Shown in pieces: positions 1 through 13,060 of a stretch of DNA of 64,000 nucleotides. Source of the stretch: the human T2T-CHM13v2.0 reference genome, Homo sapiens. Each line of letters opens with the position of its first letter. The first letter of the stretch is position 1. Made by a program: the position numbers and the translations under genes. Under the pieces are notes generated by a model that ran no database searches, was not told the origin of the DNA, and worked only from the letters and a program-made list of their open reading frames with translations. Location: assembly GCF_009914755.1 (NCBI RefSeq), contig NC_060926.1; one strand, written 5' to 3'.

Positions 1-366
1 GTATATAGTTTCTTTTGCTGTGCAGAGGCTGTTTAGTTTAATTAGGTCCTACTTGTCAATTTTTATTTTTGTTGCAGTTGAATTTGGGGACTTAGTCATA
101 GATTCTTTGCCAAGGCCAATGTCCAGAAGGGTATTTCCTAGATTTTCTTCTATAATTTTTGTAGTTTTAGGTCTTACATTTAAGTCTTTAATTCATCTTG
201 GGTTAACTTTTGTATATGGTAATAGGTAAGAATTTAATTTTATTCTTCTGCATATGGTTAGCCAGTTATCTCAGGATCATTTATTGAGAAGGGAATTTTT
301 TCTTTATTACTTATTTCTGTAGACTTTGTCAAAGATCAGATGGTTTTAGGTGTGCGGTGCGGCTTC
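1..366 (-). mobile_element. L1 ORF2 fragment, inverted 5' segment of a twin-primed L1 (runs off the window edge)
   Basis: Antisense L1 ORF2 motifs (TTTCTTTTGCTGTGCAGA, TTTGTCAAAGATCAGATGG) directly abutting a sense L1 segment. Confidence 0.85.
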
Positions 367-990
367 AGTTGGTGGGAATGTAAATTAGTTCAGCCACAGT
401 GGAAAGCAGTTTGGAGGTTCCTCAGAGAACTAAAAATAGAACTACAATTTGACCCAGCAATGCCATTACTTTGTATATACCCAAAGGAAAATAATTTGCT
501 CTACCAAAAAGACACGTGCATATGTATATTCATCACAGCATTATTCATAATTCCAAAGACATGGAATTAACCTCGGTGCCCATCAGTGGTGGATTGGATA
601 AAGGAAATGTGACACATATACACCATAGAATATTATGCGGCCGTAAAAAAGAATGAAATCATGTTCTTTGCAGTAACGTGGATGCAGTTGGAGGCCATTA
701 TTGTCAGCAATTTAACATGGAAACAGAAAATCAAATACTGCGTGTTCTCACTTGTAAGAGGGAGATAAACATTGCATACACAGACATAAAGATGGGAACA
801 GTAGACACTGGGAGCTGGAAGAGGGGGAAGCAGGGAGTGGTACAAGGATTGAAAAACTGCCTTTGAGGTCCTGTGCTCACTACCTGGGTGATGGGTTCAA
901 TTGTATCCCAACTTCACCATCACACAATCTATCCTTGTAACTACCTGCATATGTACCCCTTGAATCTAAATTAAAAGTTGAAACTAAAAA
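367..990 (+). mobile_element. L1 3' end (old L1PA/L1PB-like): ORF2 C-terminus plus 3' UTR
   Basis: ORF 340-570 reads [34 protein letters not shown] (L1 ORF2); ends ATGTACCCCTTGAATCTAAATTAAAAGTTGAAA. Confidence 0.92.
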
Positions 991-2409
991 TGAGTAAGAA
1001 TCTGAAAAGAGGAGGAGCAACTTCTCACTTCAGGGAAGCTTTCTTATGGGAGTATGTTTTATACACACATATACATGGTATGTATATATGAATCTGTTTT
1101 ATGAACATACACCTATTTCCTTACGGACTATGAGGACAAGAAAATGGTGTTTCCCTCGTCAGGTGACTGGGCTGCTACTTGGATTTATGTTTGGTAAATA
1201 TGTTAGTGTGAGATAATGTACCATACGCCTCCAGAAACCAATTTTTTAAACAATCTATAGCACCATAAATTAGCATTTTCTAGTGTGACTTTCAAATATT
1301 AATTACTATTCTCTGAAAAAAAGTTTCATGAAGAGAGTTCAGTTCACAGAGTCCAGGTACATGTGAGAAACTGCCGAGTAGGTTCCTTCCTCAAAACTCT
1401 GAGAAGCACTGCAATAGAAAAAACATTTGATTTTGCTTAAAGCAATTTTCCCCATATTTGACAACAAAACCATGTCTATTTGCTTTTTTTCTCTTCCAAA
1501 GTCAAGCTATTGACATATTTGTTCTACAGAAGACATCTGAGAAGATTTTTATTAAACCAAATAAATGAGTAACATGGAAAATTTGAGCATCATAGTGGGA
1601 TTAGAGAAACATTTTTGGCAGGGGATGGGTTGTGGGCAACCATTTTATTATTCCATTTAGCTTGGTTTACTCCTCTATTTATTGATGTCTGGTACTGTAA
1701 GTGTATAATTATTTAGTGTTCAGTAAATGCTAAGCCATATTAAATGGTAATGGTAAGATTAAGCATGTGCATGCTATTTGTCCAATCTAGATACAGGCTA
1801 GGCTCAAAGTATGATGTAACTTCAGCCATGCTGAGGGTTCTATAGGCTTTAATATTCTTCAAAGATGTTATCATAAGACTTAATAGAACTAGAAACAGAA
1901 CATGAATAAACCAATATGACTGTATTGGAGATTTTTCCGATTGTCAACAAGTGTTTCGTTGACTGTTCCAGACTTTTAAACGTGCTGTAACTTCAACATC
2001 CGAATCTCCTTTTTGTGTGCATAATAAACATTCCTGCTTTGTGTAATTTTAACTAGACCAAACGATGCTTACACTTCCCAGATACCAGCTGTTGAAGCAG
2101 CAACTTTCAAATGATTTTGCAGATCGGCAAACACATTATATCATTGTGTGTTTTGCAGCTGTCTCTTCAGTTAGCCTGGTTTTGCTTTTTGCAGAGTAAC
2201 TTGTGTACAGTTACAGAAGAGTATTTGTTTTCCTCCAACAGTCTTGGCAATTAGTGCTTTCCTAGCTTCAGTTTTACTTTGGTGCAATAGGCACCCTGTA
2301 TTGTGAACCGTTTATAAACCAAGGTAATGACTTGCGGGTTTTTAAAGAGTGCTTACTGCACCAAAAAAAAAAAAAAAAAAAGCTTTCTCCTGGCTTGAGT
2401 GATTTTAAA

Positions 2410-2930
2410 ACCGTTTAGTCAAATGTTTGAGTGCCTATTGTGTTTAAGGCACTCTGTAAGTGTTTTGCATCCACTGAGCAATACATAGTAGAAGTTAGTT
2501 GTATCACACGTAGATGGGAAGGTTATTCTAAGGAACACCACTTTTCAAACGCAAGAGAGCATGTCCCTGTGATGCCACAGAGGGAAACTCAGTGAGACTA
2601 GAGCAGAGTACAAAATCAGAGTATCTTATGGTAGGCGTGCAAGAAGTAGATTGCAGAAAGCTATGCTAAAGAGTTTGTAACCGAATTGAATTTGGAATGA
2701 ATGGAAATCCTTTGGAGGATTCTTTTTTTTTTCAGGGTTATGCGAAGATCAGATTTGTGTTCTTGGTGAAAGATCACACAGTATAGTAGAGAGAATGAAC
2801 TATAGGCAATCACATTGGGTGCAGGGAAACGAGTAAGCATACTATTGCCTAGTTATATAACAATAGATTGGCAAAACTGGATAGTAGAGACAGTGAGTCC
2901 TAGTTAGTTTTCTTAAATGAATCTATTAGC
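2410..2930 (-). mobile_element. L2 LINE fragment (degenerate)
   Basis: TAGTCAAATGTTTGAGTGCCTATTGTG resembles the antisense L2 3' end, followed by purine-rich L2-like body. Confidence 0.55.
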
Positions 2931-3035
2931 CGATGTACAGATATTAGATAGAGGACGATAGCATTTTAGAGCTGGAAAATCCACTAATCTAAGCCCATTG
3001 TCCAAGATATGAAAACTAAGTCTTGGGCCAATTGA

Positions 3036-3351
<316 letters not shown>

Positions 3352-4839
3352 TAACTGCATAGATTAAAAGAGTAACTTCTTTTAATGTAATTATACATTG
3401 CTAAAATGAGGTCTCATAGCAGAAGAGAAATGTTTAATGGCAGCTTCCTTTACCTCTTGCTACTTGACTTTGAGCAATGCATTCCTTTAGACTCAAAATC
3501 TGCTTTTTATTATTTACCAGTCTCCCTTATCTGCATTATTCAGTGTGCAAGTATTGATTTCCACTTATGTTCCAGGGACTGTAGCAGGTGTTGGGTGAAT
3601 AATATGTGGAAAACTCTATCCTTGAGGCTGTTATGGTGTTGGAGAAATGGACATGGTTGTGGGTGGCTCTGCAACCACAGTGGCAGGACGTCCTGCCCTT
3701 CTGGGGAGTTCAAAATGGCTTTCTGGACATGAAACTTGATTAAGAGCAGTGCCAACATCATCGTTTCAAATTATCTGGAAGTGTACATTTAGGAGCAAAT
3801 GTACAAAGCTATAAAAATATTCATAATTCTTTTTTACACCTAATACTTGACCCTTGTGCTTGGCTCTGACGTGCTTACTCTGAAACTCTTTTGAAATTGG
3901 CTTTGTGTGTAGACAACAGATCAGTTCTCAGATCAGAAAGTAAGTAAACTGGCATGATGTTGGATTTTGGCTAGCTCTAACTATTAAGTAGTGATGACAA
4001 GGGTACTCAGCTCTGAAGCATTTATTTTTTATTTTAGATGACACTATCTTAATCTCAAAAAGATATCCTTTGACTTGAACACCTTTCCTCAGGTTTAAGC
4101 TGTAATCAAGTTAAAAAAAAGTCAAACATTCTCAGTTTCAGGAAGATATTACTGCTGTCTAAAACCTACTAAAACATATTTTGCCTATCCAAAAGGCAAA
4201 ATATGTCTCTGAAGGGAACATGAGCACCTTGGCAGAAAATGAAGCTATTTATAAATCTTATTTTCTTTACTCTTTCATTCCTTAGTTGTTTTTATTGGTC
4301 ATATTTAAGATATGGACATTTTTAATATATGTACACTCACAAACATATATATGCACAAACATACATACACATACATGCTATGAAATAATCTATAGCTAAG
4401 TGAAACATGAGACATCTCAGCATGTGAAACTGTAATAATCTCATTCAGTTACCTTTTGCTAAAGTAGACTTTATTCTTTTGCATTTCTATTATTTCTTTC
4501 TTATTACTTTTCTTTGTTTATTCTAACTTTCTTGTTGTCTGCCTTGCTTTAATCATTTTGTTTCTTCTCTTTATCTCCTGAGCAGGCAAACAAACCTCTG
4601 GGCAATGTGGTCTTGCAGCTCAGAACAGCAAAGAAAAAAAAATATTTAACTCGATAACTGCAAAGAAGAAACTGTGTTTCCTGGGAGAGGAATTATTGCC
4701 AAAGTAGATGCAAGAAAAATCAGCTCTGGCAGAGACAAGGAAGAATTACACATATGTCTTAAGTTTATACTTCCTAGATTTCTATCACAATGATAGTAAC
4801 AAAGATGTGAAACACTTCATTTCTATAATATCTTAAGTA

Positions 4840-4945
4840 GGCCAGGTTCAGTGGCTCACGCCTGTAATACCAAGCACTTTGAGGTGGAGGATTGTTTGAG
4901 GCTAGGAGTTCAACACTAGCCTGGGCAACATGAGTCGTCTTCTCT
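4840..4945 (+). mobile_element. FLAM/Alu left monomer, interrupted near its 3' end by an L1PA (A-tail resumes ~5836-5846)
   Basis: GGCCAGGTTCAGTGGCTCACGCCTGTAAT...AGCCTGGGCAACAT. Confidence 0.85.
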
Positions 4946-5820
4946 TTTTATTTTTATTTTTTATATATATTATACTTTAAATTCTAGGGTACATGTACAC
5001 AACGTACAGGTTTGCTACGTATGTATACATGTGCCATGTTGGTGTGCTGCACCCATTAACTCGTCATTTACATTAGGTATATCTCCTAATGCTATCCCTC
5101 CCTCCTCTCCCAACTCCATGACAGGCCCTGGTGTGTGGTGTTCCCCATCCTGTGTCCAAGTGTTCTCATTGTTCAGTTCTCACCTATGAGTGAGAACATG
5201 TGGTGTTTGGTTTTCTGTCCTTGTGATAGTTTGCTGAGAATGATGGTTTCCAGCTTCATCCATGTCCCTACAAAGGACATGAACTGATCATTTTTTATGG
5301 GTGCATAGTATTCCATGGTGTATATGTGCCACATTTTCTTTATCCAGTCTATCATTGTTGGACATTTGGGTTGGTTCCAAGTCTTTGCTATTGTGAATAG
5401 TGCCGCAATAAACGTGTGTGCTTGTGTCTTTATAGCAGCATGATTTATAATCCTTTGGGTGTATACCTAGTAATGGGATGGTTGGGTCAAATGGTATTTC
5501 TAGTTCTAGATCCTTGAGGAATCGCCACACTGTCTTCCACAATGGTTGAACTAGTTTACCATCCCACCAACAGTGTAAAAGCATTCCTATTTCTCCATAT
5601 CCCCTCCAGCACCTGTTGTTTCCTGACTTTTTAATGATCACCATTCTAACTGGTGTGAGATGGTATCTCATTGTGGTTTTGATTTGCATTTCTCTGATGG
5701 CCAGTGATGATGAGCATTTTTTCATGTGTCTGTTGGCTGCATAAATGTCTTCTTTTGAGAAGTGTCTGTTCATATCCTTCGCCCACTTTTTGATGGGGTT
5801 GTTTTTTTCTTGTAAATTTG
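4946..5820 (-). mobile_element. L1PA (about PA4-5) 3' end, 5'-truncated
   Basis: ORFs 5288-5773 ([24 protein letters not shown]...) and 5173-5355 are frameshifted L1 ORF2 C-terminus; T-rich tail; TSD-like TGAGTCGTCTTCTCT / TGCGTCCTCTTCTCT. Confidence 0.97.
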
Positions 5821-8800
5821 TGCGTCCTCTTCTCTATTAAAAAAAACTTAATTAGAGATTCTAATGATACAGAGAGGAAGATCAAATAAGTCAAAACAAT
5901 ACTATTGAGAAATATTCAAGACATTTATGTTTTAAGGTAATTTGTTTATTTTGCCAAAAGCAATACATAATTATTTGATCAATCATATAAATCTGCTTCA
6001 ATTTTTGTATTATATTTTAAAGTTTAATATATAACTTGAATTGTGCTACTCCCTGTGAAGTTTTGCTAAAATATTTAATTATTATTTTACAAAATGTATT
6101 GTTTTGCAAAATGCAAAATCTTTTTCTCAGAAAGTTGAGTTGCTTACTTAGTTTCTTTTGTTGGTCTTACTGATTTTTTTTTTTTTTGGTCACATATTTT
6201 AGACTTTGTGTGGCCCAGATGATAAGTTATCATTTCTCATAGGAAATCATATGGCCTAAACCAAAATAAAACAAAAGAATAGGAAGTCTGTGAGACAAAA
6301 CATGGAAGTCATTTAGCATAGATAATACCTAGGAAGGCCTGAATAAATTGCCATTGGTTACTTCTTACCAGTCCTACAAGTTTTACTGTTTCTGCTTATG
6401 AGAGTAGTCATCTACCTTCCATCATCAATGCAGGCATATATTGGATTTAATAACATTTGCTCTTTTGCCTATTGAATTGTATTATTGCTGACATCAAAAC
6501 TCTCCTAATAATGTTTTTTTTTCTTTTCTCCTTAAAATATCGGCTCTGGGAGGACACTTACCCAATTTTCTTTCATTTAATTTGGCAGTAAGATGCTAAC
6601 GGTCCTTTTTTATTGACAGAAGCAATAACAATTAATACAACTTCAGTGCATCATTAGTTGACATGTTTTGTCCATATATTGTTTCAAATCTCTTTAAGAA
6701 ACAAATGATATCCATATTTGAGTTAAATACAATGGTAGATAAACTAAGTTAGAGATGTGTGCGTGTGTGTGTCAGCCAATACTTTGAGTGTTAGAATTGT
6801 TTTCCTATTCATTATTTTTTGAATAAACAAGTAAATGCTAGTTAAAGCTATTTGATGCTGTGACTGTTTAGCTCCTTATGCAAAAGACAGGTCAACACCC
6901 TTGGATTTGTTGAGTTGACTGTGCATTCAGCATTATGCAAAGCAATGACCCAGGGTGCATGTCTTAGCTCTGACCTTAACCTGCAGTTACTTCTCAATGA
7001 AGCTCTGATGCCTTTGTCAAGTACTTGTACTTTATCCATAGATTAGCTAATTTTCAAGTTGTGGGGTTAATCTTTATCTGTGTTACCTTTAAACTAAACA
7101 CTTACTGTTCCCTAAAGCACTTTAGTGCTTTAGAGAACATGCTGGAGTGAACCTCCCTGCCTGAATCTGTTATGTCATGACCCTTCATTACAGACTCTTT
7201 TGAAGATGTGAGGCAGTTTTATATTAAGCAAAGATTATCAGAGCAGCCTGCTTTATGGAAAGAATCAACCCAATGTACATGACATGCACCAGTGTTTCTC
7301 TTTGCCAAAGGGAACACACTAGTCACTCACATTAGAGATGGCCTTAAGTTACTATAGTCAAAATACTCCACTTTGGTCTGTATTTTCTTTAATTCAGTGT
7401 AAACTTTTGTGGAGCATACATCTGAAAAGTCCATGCTGGCACTCAGAGAGTTACTCTTTTAGCGTATGAGACAGAGTGATATATGTTGCACGATATTTTT
7501 GTGTTTAGAATGGTCATCTATGGAATGAGATTACAGAACCAATTTTCTTTAATTTAAAAGAAAAAAAGTATTTAACCTACTTGAAACACATACAAATATG
7601 TTAAAATAAATAAAAATAGTTATTTATGTGTATTTGCACACACAAATAGATAAAATATTACCTTGACATATTTTATTATAGCATAACTTGCATCAGTATA
7701 TGTGTACATATACATATTGGGGCATATTTGTTCATAAATTCTTAAAGTAGCCTGGTTATGCATGCTCTGTCTTAAATGAGTTTAATATGTCATTATTTCA
7801 CTTTGAGAAATGCATAGTTATTCACATTGGTTTATCACATATGGAGTTGAAAGAGTCTATTTTACTTCTCTTTCAGGATCATACAAATAGTTCATTTATA
7901 TAATCACAAAATGGAGATCCACTCCATGATTGGCCCTGCCCATTAATATTGAATTTTCATCACGCTGTTATTCTTTACGTGAGTTCTTAAATATAACCCT
8001 GGTAAGGGCTATAACATGTACATTTGAAAGGATTATAAACTGTGATAGTAGAAAATTCTGAGAGAATTATAGGAAAGTCTTCACTGAGGACTCACTGGAG
8101 ATAGCTGGGGTGTATATCTCCCCTTGCCCTAGGAGGATATCTTGCATTTTTACTTTACATATTTTGTCTCAGAATGAGTAAAAGACATACCTTAGAGTAG
8201 GATGCAACAGTGTTCTCGGATAGCACTAATTTAGAAAAAAACTGGGATTGTAAATGCAAATGTATTAGAGAACCATTTTGCAAATCTCTTGCTTGTAAGA
8301 AATTCCCCATATTTTTGCCCCATGTCACCCATCCATGGTGATTAATACTCATCCTTAAGCCTTCAGGTTTTGTCTTATATCAGGTATTCATGGAACAATG
8401 TGTGTTTACTTTATCTATCTCCATCCTGACTGATCATATACTGCTTACCTTCGCTCTTTTTAGACTAAAGTCTTTTTCTTTTCTATTTATTTGTTCCTCT
8501 GACACTATTTTTCTATGCAATTTTGTTTGAGCCTTTCTAGTAGGGGAGAATAGGTCTACATTATTGTTTATAATTTCTTGTGATCATTCCTTGATTTTGC
8601 TTTTAGTTGTATTACTGCAGTTAATATTTATGTTTACTAATATGCATATGCTTAATCCCAAATGATACTAATATGATTCATTACAGTGTACAGTATGTCA
8701 AGATGACTGGCAGGTATCTGATTCCTAAGTACTATAACGAGAAGCTTAGGCCTATAGTACTTAGACTACTGTTATTTCAGTACCTACTACAATCAGTAGA

Positions 8801-10397
8801 TTTTTAGGCACATTTAAGAGATTTATACACTGACTGAGGTTCCTAAGTCACTGTTTATTTTATGGAAATAGAGGCAGGATTTATGGATAGAAAAAATCAG
8901 AAAAATGCTTTTTTTAACCCATAAAATTAGAGTAAAATAATTTTTATAAATCTTTAATATTTAGACTTTGGTTTTGTAGATAAATTCTGTGTTTGAGAAA
9001 CAAGCCTTTCGTGGGTTGGGGTTGGGAAGCAGTCCTGGGGAGGAAACATAATATCCTGGCAAATGCGGCCAGTGGCCTGGAGAGTGCCATGCAAATTGAG
9101 AACTGAGAGCAGTTGTGGATGTGGAATGAATAGGGGTTTGGTCTGGGTGCCAAGTCAATGTAAGGAATGAAAGCTACATCCCATGAAGATAGTTTAGTGA
9201 CAACTCTGGCTTTCAGCAAGTTGATGAAAAGCTTTATTATTCTAATTCTGCTGCAATTGCAGGAGTCCCTTCTGTCTGGGGGTTAAGCTTACCCAAGAGT
9301 GTTACTTCATTTCCAAGTCTAAGCATTAGGTTCTGATACATGGTATGAAATTGTTAAACTCTGTGGATTTTAAATGGCCTTTTGAAATTATCTGTATCAA
9401 CCGAGGTGATGTTAAGATACACTGAGATCATTTTCAATTAATTGTACTTCAGCCGATGTTGAGAGGGAGCAGGTAGGGAAATATTGATCAATATTGCCAT
9501 GGGGTATACATTTTATATATGAAATAATTACTTGTGTCACTGAACATGTGTTTGTCTCAAAGCCGTATGAAATTGTCAGAATCTGTCCTTTTTTCTGACT
9601 TCTCCCTTTATTCAATAACACTCAATGGTCTTATATCATTCTTAATGTGAGATTGACTTTTGTCTCTAAGGAATGTAAAAGTTAGCCTGATTTTCTGTAT
9701 CAACTCATCACAGGCACTGGCATTCCCATACCTCTCTTCCAACTGAGTTCTTGCTTGCTTGACAGAATTGTGAGCCCCTTGCTTCCTTTGACCCCCAGGT
9801 TTCCCAATCCACTCGAATTGACAATGCCTTTGGCTCTCATTTTTTTATCCTAGCACATCTTGCCTTTCCTGAGCTTGCTGTCCTGTTGGCAGCTAGACTG
9901 CTGTCTTTGTTGTTGATAGGACACAAATTGGGAAATACAGGGACAAAAATTTTAACCTGCTCCATTACCCAATAGGTTTGGTTTTTTAAATCTGTATTTT
10001 TACTTCATACAAGGTAATTTGCGTTGTGACATACCTATATGGTAATGACTGTTTGGTGGGTATTTTCAATGTTGATTTTCCAGAGTTGTCTTAGAACAAA
10101 AGTGTTGGCATTATTCTGTAGGCTGGTAAATACGTTGTGCTTCCATTTATGTGGTTTCAAAGCATAACTTATGATATTTGTCCAAATGAAGAAATATCTT
10201 TGTTTGTTTTTATCCAGCAGGAACTTATAACTTATTTCAATAATGAATTTTTAAATTTATTTGACCAATATGATTAACATATTAAGTTCTGATTTTAACA
10301 CCAAAAAAGAAAAAATAAAATAGGCCATATAATTTTGAGCATTTGTGAATTTTATGGAAATACTTTAAGTTTTAAAGTTTTTAAATAGGCCACATGT

Positions 10398-11264
10398 CTA
10401 GTATTAAAAATAGTTCACATGTCTATTATTATTTAAGTCAAAAATTACAGAAGTGGGCAAAGATGTGGAGAAAAGGGAACATATACATCATTGGTGGGAA
10501 TATGTATTAATGCAACCCCTATTGAAAACAGTATGGAGAAAAATTACAGAAGTGGGCAAAGATGTGGAGAAAAGGGAACATATACATCATTGGTGGGAAT
10601 ATGTATTAATACAACCCCTATTGAAAACAGTATGCAGATTTTTTCAAATAACCAAAAATAGAATTATCATATAATCCAGCAATCCCATTACTGGGTATCC
10701 ACCCCCACAGAACTAATATGATCCAGCAATCCTATTACTGGGTATCTACCCCCACAGAACTAATCATGGTATCAAAAACACCTCCATTCATATGTGTATT
10801 GCATTACTATTCACAATAGCAAATATATGGAATCGTGCTAAATATTGATCAAAGGATGACTGGATAAAGAAAATGTGGTGTATATGCATACCGTGGATAC
10901 TACTCAGCCAAAAGAGAATGAAATTATGTCTTCTGCAGCACCATGGAGGGAACTGGAGGCCATTATCTTAAGTGAGATAACTCAGAAACAGAAGTCAAAT
11001 ATCACATGTTCTCACTTATATGTGGGCGCTAAACAATGTGTACACATGGACAGAAAGAGTAGAGTAACAGACACTGGAGACTCAGAAAGGTGGGAGGATG
11101 GGAGGAAAGAGGGAGAAAAAATTACCTAATGGGTGCAACGTACACTATTCAGGTGATGGTTACACTAAAAGCCCAGGCTTCCCCACTACACGGTGTAACC
11201 CGGTAACAAAACTGCGCTGGCACACCCTGAATCTATAACAGTGAAAAAAAATTTAATTAAAAAA
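10398..11264 (+). mobile_element. L1MA/L1PB-like 3' fragment with internal tandem duplications
   Basis: ORF2 C-terminal peptides (VGKDVEKRE.., LEAIILSEITQKQK), 3' UTR and A-tail; TAGGCCACATGT flanks both ends (10386, 11266). Confidence 0.9.
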
Positions 11265-11437
11265 GTAGGCCACATGTTGTTTCAGCTGATGTTTACATGG
11301 AAAAATTTGAATCTCCCAAGGTCTCTGGAGAGATAATGGAACTTCAAACATTTCAGTGACTGATTTTATAAACGCATATGTACGTAAGTGTGTATGTATA
11401 TATATGTCTAACTTAGCATAATCAAAAACTAAGTCAA

Positions 11438-11732
11438 GGCTGGGTGCAGTGGCTCGTGCCTGTAATCCAAGCACTTTGGGAGGCCGAGGCAGGTGGATCA
11501 CCTGAGGCCAGGAGTTCGAGAGAAGCCTGGCCAACATGGTGAAACCTCATCTCTACTAAAAATACAAAAATCAGCCAGGTGTGGTGGCGGGCACCTATAA
11601 TCACAGCTACTCAGGAGGTTGAAGCAGGAAAAATCACTTGAACTCAGGAGGCGGAAGTTGCCGTGAGCCCGGATCGTGCCATGGCACTCCAGCCTGGGCA
11701 ATGGAGTGAGACTCTGTCTCAAAAAAAGAAAA
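11438..11732 (+). mobile_element. Full-length Alu (AluS-like)
   Basis: Dimeric Alu with CTACTAAAAATACAAAAA linker and A-tail. Confidence 0.97.
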
Positions 11733-11747
11733 GGTCAAAAGCTAAGC

Positions 11748-11870
11748 TATATATATGTATATATACACACCCATATATAGACAAATATATGTGTATTTGG
11801 ACATACATATATACGTGTATATATGTGTATACGTATACACATATATACACGTATATATGTCTATGTATAT
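11748..11870. repeat. Degenerate (TA)/(TG)/(CA) microsatellite
   Basis: Alternating purine-pyrimidine tract. Confidence 0.85.
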
Positions 11871-12084
11871 TTGTCTAACTTAACATCAAAAGTATACACT
11901 ACAATTTTAAAAGATTAATTACAGCACACACGTCAAATAGATATGTGTTGTGTGTTTTAGACTTATCCTTTTATCTGTCCGATAAGTGGGTATTCATCCA
12001 GAAGACCTAATTCACATATTAATTTCTCATCTTCTCACAGATAATTGTTTTCACCAGAGTTTTACCAAGACACTTCATAATTAG

Positions 12085-12325
12085 GAGTAAGGAATAGGTT
12101 TTGAACATTTTAGTTTTGAATCCTACGTCTGCTAATTACCAGCTGTGTGAACTTAGGATAATTATCTAATGGCTTTAAATCTTAATTTCTTCATCTGTAA
12201 AAGGATTAAATAATAGCTTTCTAATAATACTAAATGACCCTTTTTGTGAGTGCTAGAAGACATCATACATGGTAAACACCTAAAGAGTGCTCGCCACATA
12301 AGGCTCATTCAATATTAATTCTGTT
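12085..12325 (+). mobile_element. MIR SINE
   Basis: Core TTACCAGCTGTGTGAACTTAGG...TTTCTTCATCTGTAAAA. Confidence 0.8.
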
Positions 12326-12699
12326 TTCGTGGATGATGGTTATTATCACCGTTGACTCAAGAGTTTGGCATTTTTGTTTTAATCATTTGCTTCATGGCTT
12401 TACTTCCTTTACAGATAGCAATAATTGGCTATGCATCGATCTTTCCTCAGAAGCTAGCACATGTCAGAAACATAGTAGATATTTAATTAATTTAGGGTGA
12501 ATAAATGAAGTATGCCACTTCTTTACAAAATGCCACCAGTGGGACTTGCCAGATACACATATGATCTTATTTTACTTCAATTTCATCATCACCTGTTCTA
12601 AAGCATCTGATCTCCCGCACATGAAAATTAAGCTTTTTGGAAAATCACACCATTGCGGTTGGTACTGATTGCTTTGCCCAAATTATTTTGTCTTCCAAA

Positions 12700-13060
12700 A
12701 TACACTGCTGATTCACATCTTTTTTTTCTTTTGCTCATGTAGTTATTGATTACTTCTGTCTAGAATTGCCCTTGCCTGACTTACTTGTCTGATTCACTTA
12801 CTTTTTCAAAACTCAACTCCAGTATTGCCTTATCTCAGACCCCAGTCTAGGCTTAGATGCTCCCACGTCATGCTCTGCTTCACCTACTTGTCATATGTTA
12901 TGTGACCTTTCCTGTCATTAACTGATTTTGTCTCTTACTCATGAGATTGTATTCTTTTCAAGGATGAGCATGGTTTCAGTGTCTCAATTATGAATGTTTT
13001 GCCAGAGAGTTCTTAGTTCCTTACTAGGATTCAGTAAACATGTGTTAAGCTGAACTGAAT
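12700..13060 (+). mobile_element. L2 3' fragment
   Basis: TCTAGAATTGCCCTT...TTCAAAACTCAACTC...CAGTAAACATGTGTTAAGCTGAACTGAA. Confidence 0.55.

Noticed and set aside
4490-4700. Long pyrimidine tract ending in CAG (4585)
   Set aside because: No convincing downstream donor and no recognisable coding sequence.
5288-5773. Longest ORF (161 aa)
   Set aside because: Frameshifted C-terminal fragment of L1 ORF2 in a 5'-truncated copy, not a gene.
10441-10764. Repeat-spacer or CRISPR-like appearance
   Set aside because: Head-to-tail duplications of L1 sequence with no spacers and no cas genes, in primate DNA.
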